Virus record (IMG/VR): IMGVR_UViG_3300020419_000016
Coordinates: 1-61,769 of that record
Origin: a virus
Taxonomy: Duplodnaviria > Caudoviricetes
Direction: 5' to 3' (one strand)
Length of the DNA: 61,769 nt
Below, in pieces: positions 1-10,370 of this stretch (position 1 is the first letter of the stretch; each line of letters starts with the position of its first letter). The translations under genes and the position numbers were made by a program. The notes under the pieces are model-generated. The model worked only from the letters and a program-made list of their open reading frames with translations, was not told the origin of the DNA and made no database searches.

Positions 1-621
1 ATCAATAGTAGCTAATTGTTCGTCTGTGTAAGGAAACCTTTCACTACCGAAGTCAATTACAAGTGGTTGTAGAGCTAGACTAAAATTTTCAGCTTCTTTT
101 ACTAGTTTTTTTGTAAGTTCTACTCCGTTGTTAAATCTATCTAAATCTGTATGCATCATGATGTTTACATGCGTTCTACAAACCTTAGTCATAATTTTAA
201 CAACTTCTAAAAAGTGATCAGCTTCTGCACTTTCAGGATGAAAACTTAAACATACATGATCGAAATTATTTTTATTCTTTTCCCACCAACGAATAGTACG
301 ACTAGCATTACTAATAAATCCTATATCATGTCCTTTAGATTTGATGTATTGAGCACATTTGATAAAGTCTTTCCATAAGGTTACTTCTCCACCAGTAAAT
401 TCAAAATAAACTTTTCTTGGAGCGTAATGAGCTTCGCAAGAATCAATAAACTTTTTAATTACTTCAAAGTCTTGCCAACCAAAGCTACCGTTGTTTAAAA
501 TAGGAGGACAGTAACTACAAGAGTAATTACACATGTTTCCTAAATTCCAATTCACAACGACCCAGTCCTTAGCCTCTTTGTGATGATGGTCTAGGACATC
601 ATAAATCATATCAGTTTGCAT
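1..621 (-). CDS. Radical SAM protein, truncated at the window edge
   Basis: Not in the ORF track; translated by hand from the ATG at 621: MQTDMIYDVLDHHHKEAKDWVVVNWNLGNMCNYSCSYCP...FEFTGGEVTLW...ISNASR. Contains the CxxxCxxC cluster motif and the GGE motif. Open to base 1. Confidence 0.9.
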   Translation of the reverse strand, partial: MQTDMIYDVLDHHHKEAKDWVVVNWNLGNMCNYSCSYCPPILNNGSFGWQDFEVIKKFIDSCEAHYAPRKVYFEFTGGEVTLWKDFIKCAQYIKSKGHDIGFISNASRTIRWWEKNKNNFDHVCLSFHPESAEADHFLEVVKIMTKVCRTHVNIMMHTDLDRFNNGVELTKKLVKEAENFSLALQPLVIDFGSERFPYTDEQLATID

Positions 622-624
622 ATT

Positions 625-1554
625 TTACTTGTTCCCCGTTCCGCTTAATCCTTTATGTCTATTAACACGGTCAGGCTGTTGATAAATTGTTTTAAAAAAC
701 TTACTTGCTCCTGATGAAAAAGGTTCACTATCAATAGGAATTTGTAACTCATTTATTAATTTTTTTCCGCAATTAGTAGATTCTTCTGTAACATTGTTAA
801 TAGTTGCAAAGTCATGCTCCCACAAGTTATTTAAATATTCAAAATCACGCACATTTACATAATCCCAATCTGTACACATAGTCTTATAAACACCTGCTCT
901 AGTTCCAAGTATTGCCCAGTCTCCGTTTTTTATATCTGCTCCAACCATTGCCCATATATACATCCAGTGCAAGCATCTCCAATGTAAATTTAAAAAATCT
1001 TCTTTATCTGGTTTTATTCCTTGATTCAAAGATAACTTTACACCTTCTCTAAATCCTGCTCTCCAAGCCTGCTGTGGTGTACCATTATTATACACATCAG
1101 AAAAACAACTGTTCATTTGTACGTATTTTAAATCCCAACAAAAGTCAACCTGTGCATGTTCGTTAGTAGGATCTGCATTTTCGTGTGTACGCATATTAAG
1201 AACATATTCTTTTGGCCAACATTTAAGTCCACCATTACCATAAACTAGTCCATTAACTGCATTTTTACCTGCCCAACTGATTACACAATTTTCTAATTCA
1301 ATGTCATCTTCAAATGATATTTCTTCCTTTAAAAAATTATCTTTAACTTTGTTGTCTCCATCAACAGTGATAAATCTATCTGTTTCACTTAACTCAGCAC
1401 AGGCTTTGTGTGCCGCATCACTTCCGTGTACACCATGTACACGTTTTGCCCACGGTACTTTCGTTAGTAGATCAGCATAATTTTCTTCAGCATTAGGTTC
1501 GTCATAACTTAAATAAATTACATCATAATCTAATACTTTAAACTTGTTAGACAT
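625..1554 (-). CDS. Putative GT-A fold glycosyltransferase-like protein
   Basis: N-terminal DVIYLSYDEP strand and an FITVDGD DxD motif; lies within a glycosyltransferase cluster. Confidence 0.6.
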   Translation of the reverse strand: MSNKFKVLDYDVIYLSYDEPNAEENYADLLTKVPWAKRVHGVHGSDAAHKACAELSETDRFITVDGDNKVKDNFLKEEISFEDDIELENCVISWAGKNAVNGLVYGNGGLKCWPKEYVLNMRTHENADPTNEHAQVDFCWDLKYVQMNSCFSDVYNNGTPQQAWRAGFREGVKLSLNQGIKPDKEDFLNLHWRCLHWMYIWAMVGADIKNGDWAILGTRAGVYKTMCTDWDYVNVRDFEYLNNLWEHDFATINNVTEESTNCGKKLINELQIPIDSEPFSSGASKFFKTIYQQPDRVNRHKGLSGTGNK

Positions 1555-1558
1555 TTAA

Positions 1559-2191
1559 TTATTCCTTTATAAAAGTTCCTTGCGTTAGTTTATCTACTAC
1601 GTCTTCAAAGCTCTCGCCTAATACTTTAATTCTTAGCATTGCACGTTCTTCGTTAATTGTTGGAACTCCGTGTACTGCCATGCCATTGAATAACGTTGGG
1701 TGTTTCATACTATAATAATGATTGTATTCAATGTCAGCATCTGTCCAACCATACTTCTTTTCGTAATTTACATTACGTTGTGCTTCTACACCTTCTCTAC
1801 TGTAAAATGAGATAGGAGTAAAATTAGACTCTGGTATGATTGGAAACATAATTCCACATTCCATATAATGATCTGTATGCGGATGAAACTTGTATCCTAC
1901 ATTATAATGCAATAAGTCTATGTCTCTCGGACCTGGATATTCTTTCCAATTAATCATGTCAACATATTTTTTTACTACAGGATATTCTAATAAATCTTTA
2001 CCGTCAGTTTTTTGTACTGCAACTGCATTCATACCAGGGCGACCTTTAAACTCTCTTTTAGTAGGTGTAAGGTATTGCATATAATCACCAAAGTTCATTA
2101 TATTATGCTTGTGTTCATTATAAAAATCAAATAGTTCTTTTTGATCGTATGTTATTTCATCAATTGTTGCATGGTATTTTCCAAGAATCAT
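1559..2191 (-). CDS. Putative 2OG-Fe(II) oxygenase-like protein
   Basis: HxD motif (PHTD), a distal His (AVHGV) and a downstream Arg (ERAML), matching the DSBH facial-triad spacing. Confidence 0.6.
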   Translation of the reverse strand: MILGKYHATIDEITYDQKELFDFYNEHKHNIMNFGDYMQYLTPTKREFKGRPGMNAVAVQKTDGKDLLEYPVVKKYVDMINWKEYPGPRDIDLLHYNVGYKFHPHTDHYMECGIMFPIIPESNFTPISFYSREGVEAQRNVNYEKKYGWTDADIEYNHYYSMKHPTLFNGMAVHGVPTINEERAMLRIKVLGESFEDVVDKLTQGTFIKE

Positions 2192-2196
2192 ATATT

Positions 2197-2778
2197 TTAT
2201 TTCTCCTTTACAATATGGTAAAAACTTTCATCAATAACAGGACAATACAAACTTATATTGTCTAGCATGACTAAAGAATCATCATCACACCTAATATCAA
2301 ACATTTTCTTTTCAGTAAATTTCCGCATGTCTATAAATATTTCTCCTATTAAGATATTAGGGTTATGTTCTTGTGTAATATACACTCGTTTAAGTTGACT
2401 TAAATATTTATTGGCATGAAATGTTTTGCGGAGTAGGTCTGATACTTGAGCTTTTGCTTGCCATTTTTTCTTATTTTTATCTTGAAAAATATAGAAAGAT
2501 GAAGGATCATATTTAAAAATTTTACCTAATCTCTTAATTTCATGTATACTTTTGTCTACATCAAAATTTTCAGGGTCGTCTCTTTTTACAAGTCTTGGTG
2601 GTTCAGTGCCAGCTATACTTGTTACAACATAATAGTCAATAAGGTTAACTTTTCCAGACACAAAATTAACGTATTCTTCTTTAGAAATTACAATATACGG
2701 CTCACCTTGATGTAACTCATTTGTAACTGATAATAAATTTCCTGAAATATCATCATAATATACATAAAACGTAAACAT
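2197..2778 (-). CDS. Hypothetical protein
   Basis: 193-aa ORF tightly packed in the operon, with a TAATG overlap with the upstream gene. Confidence 0.75.
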   Translation of the reverse strand: MFTFYVYYDDISGNLLSVTNELHQGEPYIVISKEEYVNFVSGKVNLIDYYVVTSIAGTEPPRLVKRDDPENFDVDKSIHEIKRLGKIFKYDPSSFYIFQDKNKKKWQAKAQVSDLLRKTFHANKYLSQLKRVYITQEHNPNILIGEIFIDMRKFTEKKMFDIRCDDDSLVMLDNISLYCPVIDESFYHIVKEK

Positions 2779-3605
2779 TATAATGACTCCAATCTATCAA
2801 CTATTCTATCAGTTAAAAATTCTGGCTCTACATAGTGTAATATATTACGTTGTAAAAAATTACCAATCAGCATAGTTTTATCATTTGTTAAATAACCACC
2901 TAATACTGTAGTCCATTTATTTGGTACTTCGTGCCAGCTTTGGCAATGTGGTTTCATATGAGTAAATGTAATAAAAGAATTAGGATCAGTTATTTCAAGA
3001 GTGTTATCTAATATTTTACTTACAATACTACAACTTAAATCCATACTACACCATTTTTGATAATAGTTACTTGCAAACTTTCCATAAAATAACTCCCAGT
3101 TTATCATAACTATCTCTAAAAGTTTAAAGAATTCGTGTGCAGTATCGCTTTTTTTAAAATAATAAAATGCACTATATAAATTAGGTAATTTATTCTCGTT
3201 AAATGTTTTTCTATAGTATATAGAATCTACAACTTCATTACGATAATTCTTTACATTACTTACAAAGAATAAATCTCGTTTCTTAAGTTCTACCCACCAA
3301 TGTGTAATATCATGTAATACCAACATATCTACATCCATAACAATAGTATGTTCGTACGGTGATGCATGATATACTTTCCATCTATTTTCAATTTTCCAAT
3401 CTGTCTCTTGTGCTTGATCAGTCCACGGTATTTTTATAATTTTATCAAATACCGATCTATACTTTTTAGGCACTTCGTCATTGGTAATTAAAGATACATT
3501 TTGATCTTTATTAAACTTATGTATACTTACTGCAAGAGCATATGCTTGCTTAATATAATCTACAGTAGTATTATTCTGTGCTAGTAAACAAAAACCTTCA
3601 CTCAT
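2778..3605 (-). CDS. Putative glycosyltransferase (GT-A, GT8/mannosyltransferase-like)
   Basis: AYALAVSI...SLITND...SPYEHTIVMDVDML with a DxD motif; NLYSAFYYFKK. Start moved to the ATG at 3605, which overlaps the upstream stop (ATGAGTGA). Confidence 0.7.
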   Translation of the reverse strand: MSEGFCLLAQNNTTVDYIKQAYALAVSIHKFNKDQNVSLITNDEVPKKYRSVFDKIIKIPWTDQAQETDWKIENRWKVYHASPYEHTIVMDVDMLVLHDITHWWVELKKRDLFFVSNVKNYRNEVVDSIYYRKTFNENKLPNLYSAFYYFKKSDTAHEFFKLLEIVMINWELFYGKFASNYYQKWCSMDLSCSIVSKILDNTLEITDPNSFITFTHMKPHCQSWHEVPNKWTTVLGGYLTNDKTMLIGNFLQRNILHYVEPEFLTDRIVDRLESL

Positions 3606-4467
3606 TTGCAAACTCTTTATCTTTATCTATTGCTCGCCCTAAACTAAATTTATTCATTACGTGTACGTTTGAATCTTCTACTGTTACTCCTACATAATAA
3701 CCACCACTGCTAGTATAGTCGCAAATAAAAGACAATTTATCACCATCTACAGAATGTAACATATCTGCATCAGATGCCATATACATATTACCTGGCATTT
3801 TTATAGGCCAGGTTGGATTAAGTTGAAATCCTCGTAAAATATGTATTGCTATACTAAACGAAAAATCATTCCTATAAGTACTGTGCGGAATTTGATACAC
3901 TAATCTATAATAGGGCCAATTATCTTTTATGTGTTGTACTAATTCAAAATACATTTTCATAAAAGGTGTTTTCTTAAAATAGAAACCTGTAGCCCACCAC
4001 ATATCAATTGAACGATCACTTATCCTATCAAACTTTTGTATTTTTCTTAACGTACTAGCAATGTCTGTTGGATTTCTGTATATTAAAAAGTCTTGATTTA
4101 ATTTAAAACAATTTAATAAGCTATCATTACCAATAATATAGTCTGCATCTAATACTATAGTTTCGTCAAATGGTGTTAGGTTATAACAGTCTGGTCTGCT
4201 ATGATTTTTCCATGGTAACTTTCTTATAGAATATACTCCATCTAAAAATCTTTTTGTTTGATTTGTGTTAACTTCTGGAATATCTATTATTTGATCTATA
4301 TATTTTTTAAAGAAAGGAAATTGTTTCGTAAGATAATTTCTATTGTCAGTTACTAATGCAACTGGCAAATCTAAATGACACTTAATTTTCTTTGCACAAA
4401 ATAATGCTTGCTTAACATAATCAACATCTTTATTGTTAAGTGCAAAGAGTAATACTCCTTGCTTCAT
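3598..4467 (-). CDS. Putative glycosyltransferase (GT-A), paralogue of 2778-3605
   Basis: VALVTD...TPFDETIVLDADY with a DxD motif; WATGFYFKK; same motif order as the neighbouring gene. Confidence 0.7.
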   Translation of the reverse strand: MKQGVLLFALNNKDVDYVKQALFCAKKIKCHLDLPVALVTDNRNYLTKQFPFFKKYIDQIIDIPEVNTNQTKRFLDGVYSIRKLPWKNHSRPDCYNLTPFDETIVLDADYIIGNDSLLNCFKLNQDFLIYRNPTDIASTLRKIQKFDRISDRSIDMWWATGFYFKKTPFMKMYFELVQHIKDNWPYYRLVYQIPHSTYRNDFSFSIAIHILRGFQLNPTWPIKMPGNMYMASDADMLHSVDGDKLSFICDYTSSGGYYVGVTVEDSNVHVMNKFSLGRAIDKDKEFANE

Positions 4468-4811
4468 ATGTTAAGAATGCCTTCTACTGATCTATTTTTC
4501 TTAATTTCGTTAAATTTTTGTAAATATTCGTTCATATTTTTTGAATATATACTTAGTATTTCATCTAAAAAATCTTCTAGCTCTTTAACTTCAATCGGCG
4601 TATTATTATCGTCTAGTAGAATTGCACTTTTTTGTCCATTTTGAATTAATGTATGACAAAAATTAATAATATCTCTATTAACATTAAATTTACCACCGTT
4701 TACATAATGTACACAATTTTCTAAGAATTTTTCGTGAATAAGATTACGCTGATTGTTTAAGGTAATCATAAGATTGGAAAAATCTAATGCTTTTTCTAGT
4801 CTATCATCCAT
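4464..4811 (-). CDS. Hypothetical protein, first gene of the glycosyltransferase operon
   Basis: AAGGAG ribosome-binding site upstream, a sigma70 promoter upstream, and an ATGA overlap with the next gene. Confidence 0.8.
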   Translation of the reverse strand: MDDRLEKALDFSNLMITLNNQRNLIHEKFLENCVHYVNGGKFNVNRDIINFCHTLIQNGQKSAILLDDNNTPIEVKELEDFLDEILSIYSKNMNEYLQKFNEIKKNRSVEGILNI

Positions 4812-4836
4812 AGAGTACTCCTTTAGTAATACTACT

Positions 4837-4865
4837 ATTATATACTAAAAAAAGCAGTTTGTCAA
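4837..4865 (-). promoter_or_regulatory. Consensus sigma70-type promoter
   Basis: Minus strand: TTGACA (4865-4860), 17-nt spacer, TATAAT (4842-4837). Confidence 0.85.
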
Positions 4866-4878
4866 TGGTATATTTGGC

Positions 4879-5901
4879 TTATGCTATGCCTGATCCAACA
4901 AAAGCATATGAAGGAGTAATCGAAGAAATTGGTCCGTTACAACGGACTTGCGACATGGTAAGATCAATGTCTAGATTTACAGTTTCATCAGTAAATGGAT
5001 CACCTGAGTCAGCATCTGTCCAAGAAAATTTAAAAGTAATTTTACCAGCTAAATCTGTTTTGGCTTCAACTTTGATACTGTTTTCTGCATATAATGAATC
5101 AGATCCAAATTTTACTGCTATCTGCTGATAACTGGTTGTTAGATCTTCTGATCCAAAACCTGCTCCAACTGTAGCTGTTCCTGTTGTAGTTGTAGAATCA
5201 TTTGCAAATGCAATAGTACCAAAATTAGTTAGCATTGTCGACCAGTCTGCATCTTTAGTTCCTGAGCCGTTAGATCCTGATGTTGAAAATCTTATTTCGC
5301 CGCCTGTATTAAAAAAATGTCTTCTATGATCATCAGCAGTGGCTGCTACAAGTGTACCATTATTAGCTCTACAATTATAACCTCCTGCAAAAGTTACTTC
5401 TATCTCAGCAGTTAAAGATTGCCAACTAGAAGTATATGATGCTCCTCCTGTTGCAGGTGTAATTTTAGATTCTAAAACTAAATGACTTGAAAATACTGTA
5501 TTCGTTGTTGCGTTAGCTTCTAAAGTTGTAATTAACGGTATAAAGTCGTTTACACCTTTATTAGCGTCAGGATTAACAATAGTAAAAACATCACTAGCGT
5601 CACGTAATACAGTACTACCTGTGCCTACATTTGATTCGTCTGCACCAATTATATTTCCAGATTCTATTGTACCGACAGCAGTAAGATTATTAGTTTGGTG
5701 TTCACTTAAAACATTAAAGTCGGATCTTAGCCCTGCCCATTGAGCGGCTTCAATATCAGTTGTTCCAGCTGAAGCTTCGCCAGGTGTAGTTATTTGATAA
5801 CCATAACCTAGTTTTCCAGTGCCAATACCTAAAATAGCATTAAGGCGAGTAACCATATCATTATATGTGGTTGCTTCTACATTACCGCCAACTGAAACCA
5901 T
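4879..5901 (-). CDS. Virion structural or tail-fibre-associated protein
   Basis: Gly/Thr/Ser-rich; paralogous to 5966-6865 (shared GYGQ/GYGY, RRHFFNxGGxIRF and KDxDWxxML motifs). GGAGG RBS and a late promoter upstream. Confidence 0.65.
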   Translation of the reverse strand: MVSVGGNVEATTYNDMVTRLNAILGIGTGKLGYGYQITTPGEASAGTTDIEAAQWAGLRSDFNVLSEHQTNNLTAVGTIESGNIIGADESNVGTGSTVLRDASDVFTIVNPDANKGVNDFIPLITTLEANATTNTVFSSHLVLESKITPATGGASYTSSWQSLTAEIEVTFAGGYNCRANNGTLVAATADDHRRHFFNTGGEIRFSTSGSNGSGTKDADWSTMLTNFGTIAFANDSTTTTGTATVGAGFGSEDLTTSYQQIAVKFGSDSLYAENSIKVEAKTDLAGKITFKFSWTDADSGDPFTDETVNLDIDLTMSQVRCNGPISSITPSYAFVGSGIA

Positions 5902-5932
5902 TAATAAACCTCCGTTATATTACACTATAATG

Positions 5933-5940
5933 TATTTATC
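5933..5940 (-). promoter_or_regulatory. T4-like late promoter (GATAAATA)
   Basis: Intergenic match to the TATAAATA gp55 consensus upstream of the gene starting at 5901. Confidence 0.65.
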
Positions 5941-5965
5941 GAATACAGCGTAGCTAATAATATTT

Positions 5966-6865
5966 TTAAAGTTCTGATGTATTGTTGTAAGTTGGGGAAG
6001 GAACTGAAACATATGTTCCTGACGGGCGTCTATGTGTAATAGAGCTTAAAATATCACCTGTTACATTAGGATCACCACCGCCATCTGCATTATCTTGGAA
6101 CTGTACATCAAATTCTATAATATTATCTGCAAGAGTTTTTGCATTTACTGTGTACATGTTATTAGCATAGTCGTATGCTGTTCCTAGTTTGTGAAATATT
6201 CTTTGTGATGTAGAAGTAAGTTCAAAATTTCCAATTGCTGTAGGAACGCCTGAACCAGTTTGTGTTGTTGCATGAGAAGCAAATGATATTGTTCCCATAG
6301 CTGATAACATAGAAGCCCAATCTGAATCTTTACCGCTAGATCCATTTGATAAATTACCTTGGAATCTTATTTGTCCACCAGCATTAAAAAAATGTCGTCT
6401 TGCCGCGGCATCTGTAAATGTTACTGTAAACTTATGAATAATTGTACCATTCCATTCTGTTACTCTAGAACTAGATATCACTGATTCTACAGAAGCCTGT
6501 GTGTCATCACATAATGCTTTGTCACCTTCAAGGTCATTAACTAATGCTAAGTAATCGTTTATACCTTTTGCTGTATCTGTAGTTCCGTCTTTGTCTATAG
6601 ACTCTGATGCACCAATTCTATCTGTAGCATTTATTATAGATAAACTAGTTAAGCTACCTGTTTGGTGAGCCCTACATTTGTCAATGTCTGATTTTAAATT
6701 TGAAAGATGTGTTGCGGTTATTACTGTATTAGCTGCAACAATTGAACTGCTTAGTATTTGTCCGTATCCAGTATCACTAAAGCCTTGCCCTAAAATAGTC
6801 TCAATTCTACTCTGCAATCCATTAAACGTTGCGGCTGTAATTAATTCTTGGGCGTTAACTGTCAT
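5966..6865 (-). CDS. Virion structural or tail-fibre-associated protein
   Basis: Paralogue of 4879-5901 with the same conserved blocks. Confidence 0.65.
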   Translation of the reverse strand: MTVNAQELITAATFNGLQSRIETILGQGFSDTGYGQILSSSIVAANTVITATHLSNLKSDIDKCRAHQTGSLTSLSIINATDRIGASESIDKDGTTDTAKGINDYLALVNDLEGDKALCDDTQASVESVISSSRVTEWNGTIIHKFTVTFTDAAARRHFFNAGGQIRFQGNLSNGSSGKDSDWASMLSAMGTISFASHATTQTGSGVPTAIGNFELTSTSQRIFHKLGTAYDYANNMYTVNAKTLADNIIEFDVQFQDNADGGGDPNVTGDILSSITHRRPSGTYVSVPSPTYNNTSEL

Positions 6866-6883
6866 AACAGGTTAATCCTATTT

Positions 6884-8410
6884 TTAAACTTTTAATACAC
6901 ATTCAACCAGCTTCTCATTTTCATTATCATTAGACTCTAATGCAATACCTACAATATCTCGCCCTTCTGAATTAGCTGATTGACATACGCCATTTTCTCC
7001 TACATAAACAGGATCGCCCTTTTCTACTAAACCTATAACACGTACCGGTACTCGTCCTTTTAAAGCAATCGGTTGTCCTTCGCTATTAGCATTCATAAGT
7101 AATGCCGGTGAATCAGATGTAACACCAATACACATATCTATATCTGATGCAGGGTCAGCTTCGTGATCTGCATGTCTACAAATAGCCATTGCTGTTCCTA
7201 CTGGATGTTCTTCTGCTGTAGTATATTTTTCTGCTAAGTCAGCATACTGTGCTTGTGTTGAAATACCAACAAAGTAATTTGCTTTAAGTGAACCTGCTGG
7301 AATTGTTTGTGCATTTATAACTTCTGATGCATTTGTTCTAGTTGCAACTGTTCCGTTAGCTACTGCTTCTGATCCTGCTCTATTAGTTCCTGAAACAACT
7401 AAACTTGTAGCTTTTTCTGCTAGTCCTGTAAAGTTATTTGCAAATACATTATTAAATTGATGATCCGCAGTTCCTAATGTAACAGTTTCAGTTGAAATAC
7501 CATCAGCTGCTAAGCCTGGGATTACTGAATTTGCTTGAATCTTTAAAGTATTTTTGATAGAGCCGCCGCTGTCTTTTGCCCTTATAGTAATAAGCGAACC
7601 TATTTCGTTTGCAAGTACTGCTTCATTACCATTTTCAATTTTGATTCTAAAATCGTTTGAATCACCAACAGCAATACCAATGTCTGCAAATTCTGCTAAT
7701 GCAGTAAAGTTTGCATCTCCTGCTTGTAAATAATTAGCTGCATCAATACCGCCTAGCTTGTCTGCGTTAGATGCTGTACCCCAATATCTAAAGTTTGTAG
7801 AAGTAGTTCCGCCTGTTGCATTAACAGTATTTTTTAGTGTCATACCTTGTTTGACAACATCAAAACCTGCAATAGCGTTTGTTGCATCTGTACTATCAAT
7901 TGTAAACGCTTGATTAGATACAATCATTACAACTTCGTCATTAATAATAGCTTTTATTATTGAACGAGTAACGCCTGCATTATCGTTAATTGTAGCACTT
8001 TTCCATTGTGTTAAAAGTGATCCTGCGTCTTGTGGTCCAACTAATACAAATGTTGTTCCATTAAACGCATAAAGTTGTTCATTTCCAGTGTCCCACCAAA
8101 AATCACCTTCGGTTAAGCCTGCTGGTTGTGTAGCACTTACTTCTGCGCCACCTGTTGTGCGGAATTTAGTTCCGTCATAAAACTTTAACTTTTTTGTCGA
8201 ACTATCAAACCAAATTTGCCCTGAGATTGCTTTAGGAGGTGCTGATGTTCCTGAAAAGTTTTCCAATAAGAATACAAAGTTTTCGTTTTGAATTTCTCCA
8301 TATCCGGCATAATTTTTACCAACTAATTTTAAGTCAGTAGTTTGGTCAATGGTTCCATCTTCGACAACTGTAAGTTGAGAATTATTATATCTGTCAATTG
8401 TGTATGCCAT
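6884..8410 (-). CDS. Tail fibre protein with a probable C-terminal intramolecular chaperone (peptidase G2-like)
   Basis: N-terminal LxGxNYxGxGE...ENFxxLLENF...GQxWxD module shared with the next two genes; C-terminal YADLAEKY...KGRVPVRV motif. Confidence 0.7.
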   Translation of the reverse strand: MAYTIDRYNNSQLTVVEDGTIDQTTDLKLVGKNYAGYGEIQNENFVFLLENFSGTSAPPKAISGQIWFDSSTKKLKFYDGTKFRTTGGAEVSATQPAGLTEGDFWWDTGNEQLYAFNGTTFVLVGPQDAGSLLTQWKSATINDNAGVTRSIIKAIINDEVVMIVSNQAFTIDSTDATNAIAGFDVVKQGMTLKNTVNATGGTTSTNFRYWGTASNADKLGGIDAANYLQAGDANFTALAEFADIGIAVGDSNDFRIKIENGNEAVLANEIGSLITIRAKDSGGSIKNTLKIQANSVIPGLAADGISTETVTLGTADHQFNNVFANNFTGLAEKATSLVVSGTNRAGSEAVANGTVATRTNASEVINAQTIPAGSLKANYFVGISTQAQYADLAEKYTTAEEHPVGTAMAICRHADHEADPASDIDMCIGVTSDSPALLMNANSEGQPIALKGRVPVRVIGLVEKGDPVYVGENGVCQSANSEGRDIVGIALESNDNENEKLVECVLKV

Positions 8411-8444
8411 TTTTATCTAACCCCTATATGCATTATATTAATAG

Positions 8445-8452
8445 TATTTATC
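8445..8452 (-). promoter_or_regulatory. T4-like late promoter (GATAAATA)
   Basis: Intergenic, upstream of the gene starting at 8410. Confidence 0.65.
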
Positions 8453-8456
8453 AGCA

Positions 8457-10370
8457 TTACGGATAATTACTCGTGCTACCATGTGACCAAGAAGTCCCAT
8501 TACTTGTAAAAGTCATAGTATATCTTGTAGGTGTAATTGTTGCAGAACCTGAAACACCACCTGCGGCCACTGCTAAGTCTTGCATTACTGACGTAGAAGA
8601 TGATACATTATCTTTATCTACTGCTATATACGACTTGTTTAATGCCCCAGATAGCAATCCTTGGCTAATATTAATACTTGCACCTGCATAGTTTGTGCAA
8701 TGTACAGTGGCTATTGCCCCATTTTTTGTATTTGCAGGATACAAAGTTTGTAAAACTGCAATTACGTCATTTACTGGGCCATTTCCTACGCCACCTGCGT
8801 TTGGATTTGAAAACCCTGTAATATCTAATGCTAAACCAACATTTTCTGCATCAATAGTTACATCAACATAATTTTTTGTTGCAACACCTTGTGCATCTGT
8901 TGGATCAGTTACTCCTGTAATTTTTTGTGTATTTACTGCTATATCGCCTGACGATATAATATTAAGTCCGCCACCAGTAACAGTAATAGTTGATCCGTCG
9001 AATCCTAAGTTATCAATGTTCAAACTGCCTAAAGTACCAATATTAATAAGTCCTGTTGCTGTTGTTACTGTTGACGCTATTTCTGTTTTACTTAAAACTG
9101 TTGTGCCATCAATCTTATATCCAGGGTCACCGTTAATTTCATTTGTAATTAAATCAATATTCTGATTAAAAGTCCAACTATTTGTTGCATCTAACCATAT
9201 AATATCTTTACTACCTTGTGAAGAAGATAAAGTTATACCTCCTCCGTCAATAGCTGCATCATTACCTTCTGTGCTATCACCTTGCAAACCTAATTGTATA
9301 TTTTTATCTTCTACTCGTAAAGTTGTAGTATCTAAATATGTTGTATCACCCGATACAAGTAAGTTTCCACCTACTGTTACGTTTCCAGAAAATTTTCCTG
9401 CTCCAGTAACATCTAATTCAACTGTTGGATTATCAGTAAATACTCCAACTCTTTCAGTAGCTGCATCAATAACTATACCTGAAATATATGCGTTACCTTT
9501 TCTTACTTTTAAATTAATATCTGTGTTAGCTTGTTGTGCTTCTAATTCTAATTGATTAGTACCTGAATTAACTTTTAAAATTCCGTATTCAATGTCACCA
9601 ACACCAACTGCTAGACCTGCTTGATTTTTTACTGAAAGTTTACCAGTAGTTTGAGTTGCACCTACTGCACTCATAAAACTAGTTGTATTAAATTTAGTGC
9701 CGCCGGCATCAATTAAACTTTCTGCTGATTCTGCAATTCCTAAATACTTAAAGTCTGTAGCAATAGGATTAAATCCTTTTTTGTATAATTGTCTTTTAGG
9801 TATTTGTGTATCATTAGCATCTTGAGGAAACCCAGGAATACCATTTACTTGTTCAACATAAAATTGACTGTCAGTAAATACTCCTACTAGCTGTCCACCT
9901 ATAAATAATTTTAATGCGGTGCGTGTAACATTTACAGAGTCAATAACTGATTGTACTTCAAATCCTGTTTTCTGCTGACCTGCTTGATAAGGTGGGCCAG
10001 CAAGAACTAAATCAGTTCCGTCAAAAAAGTATAACTGATTATTTTTACTATCTATCCAAAGATCACCTGCGACCATTGTAGGCTGAGAAGCACTAACAAT
10101 CGGTCCACCTGCTGATTTAAAAGAAGTACCATTATAAATTTTTAATCTTTGTTCAGTTGTATCAAACCAAAGTTGTCCTGTAATTGGTGTACTAGGAGCT
10201 GTTGTATTTGAAAAATTTTCTAAAAGTTTTACAAAGTTTTCATTAACAGCTTCACCGAATCCTGTATAGTTTCTACCTACAAGTGTTAAACTTGAAGAAG
10301 TAACATCAATTTGACCATCTACTAAATCTACTAGTAAGTCACCGTTAGCTTTATTAATTCTGTAACTCAT
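8457..10370 (-). CDS. Tail fibre protein
   Basis: Shared N-terminal LLENF/GQLWFD module; fibre motifs RVGVFTDNPTVELDV and DPTDAQGVATKNYVD. Confidence 0.7.
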   Translation of the reverse strand: MSYRINKANGDLLVDLVDGQIDVTSSSLTLVGRNYTGFGEAVNENFVKLLENFSNTTAPSTPITGQLWFDTTEQRLKIYNGTSFKSAGGPIVSASQPTMVAGDLWIDSKNNQLYFFDGTDLVLAGPPYQAGQQKTGFEVQSVIDSVNVTRTALKLFIGGQLVGVFTDSQFYVEQVNGIPGFPQDANDTQIPKRQLYKKGFNPIATDFKYLGIAESAESLIDAGGTKFNTTSFMSAVGATQTTGKLSVKNQAGLAVGVGDIEYGILKVNSGTNQLELEAQQANTDINLKVRKGNAYISGIVIDAATERVGVFTDNPTVELDVTGAGKFSGNVTVGGNLLVSGDTTYLDTTTLRVEDKNIQLGLQGDSTEGNDAAIDGGGITLSSSQGSKDIIWLDATNSWTFNQNIDLITNEINGDPGYKIDGTTVLSKTEIASTVTTATGLINIGTLGSLNIDNLGFDGSTITVTGGGLNIISSGDIAVNTQKITGVTDPTDAQGVATKNYVDVTIDAENVGLALDITGFSNPNAGGVGNGPVNDVIAVLQTLYPANTKNGAIATVHCTNYAGASINISQGLLSGALNKSYIAVDKDNVSSSTSVMQDLAVAAGGVSGSATITPTRYTMTFTSNGTSWSHGSTSNYP

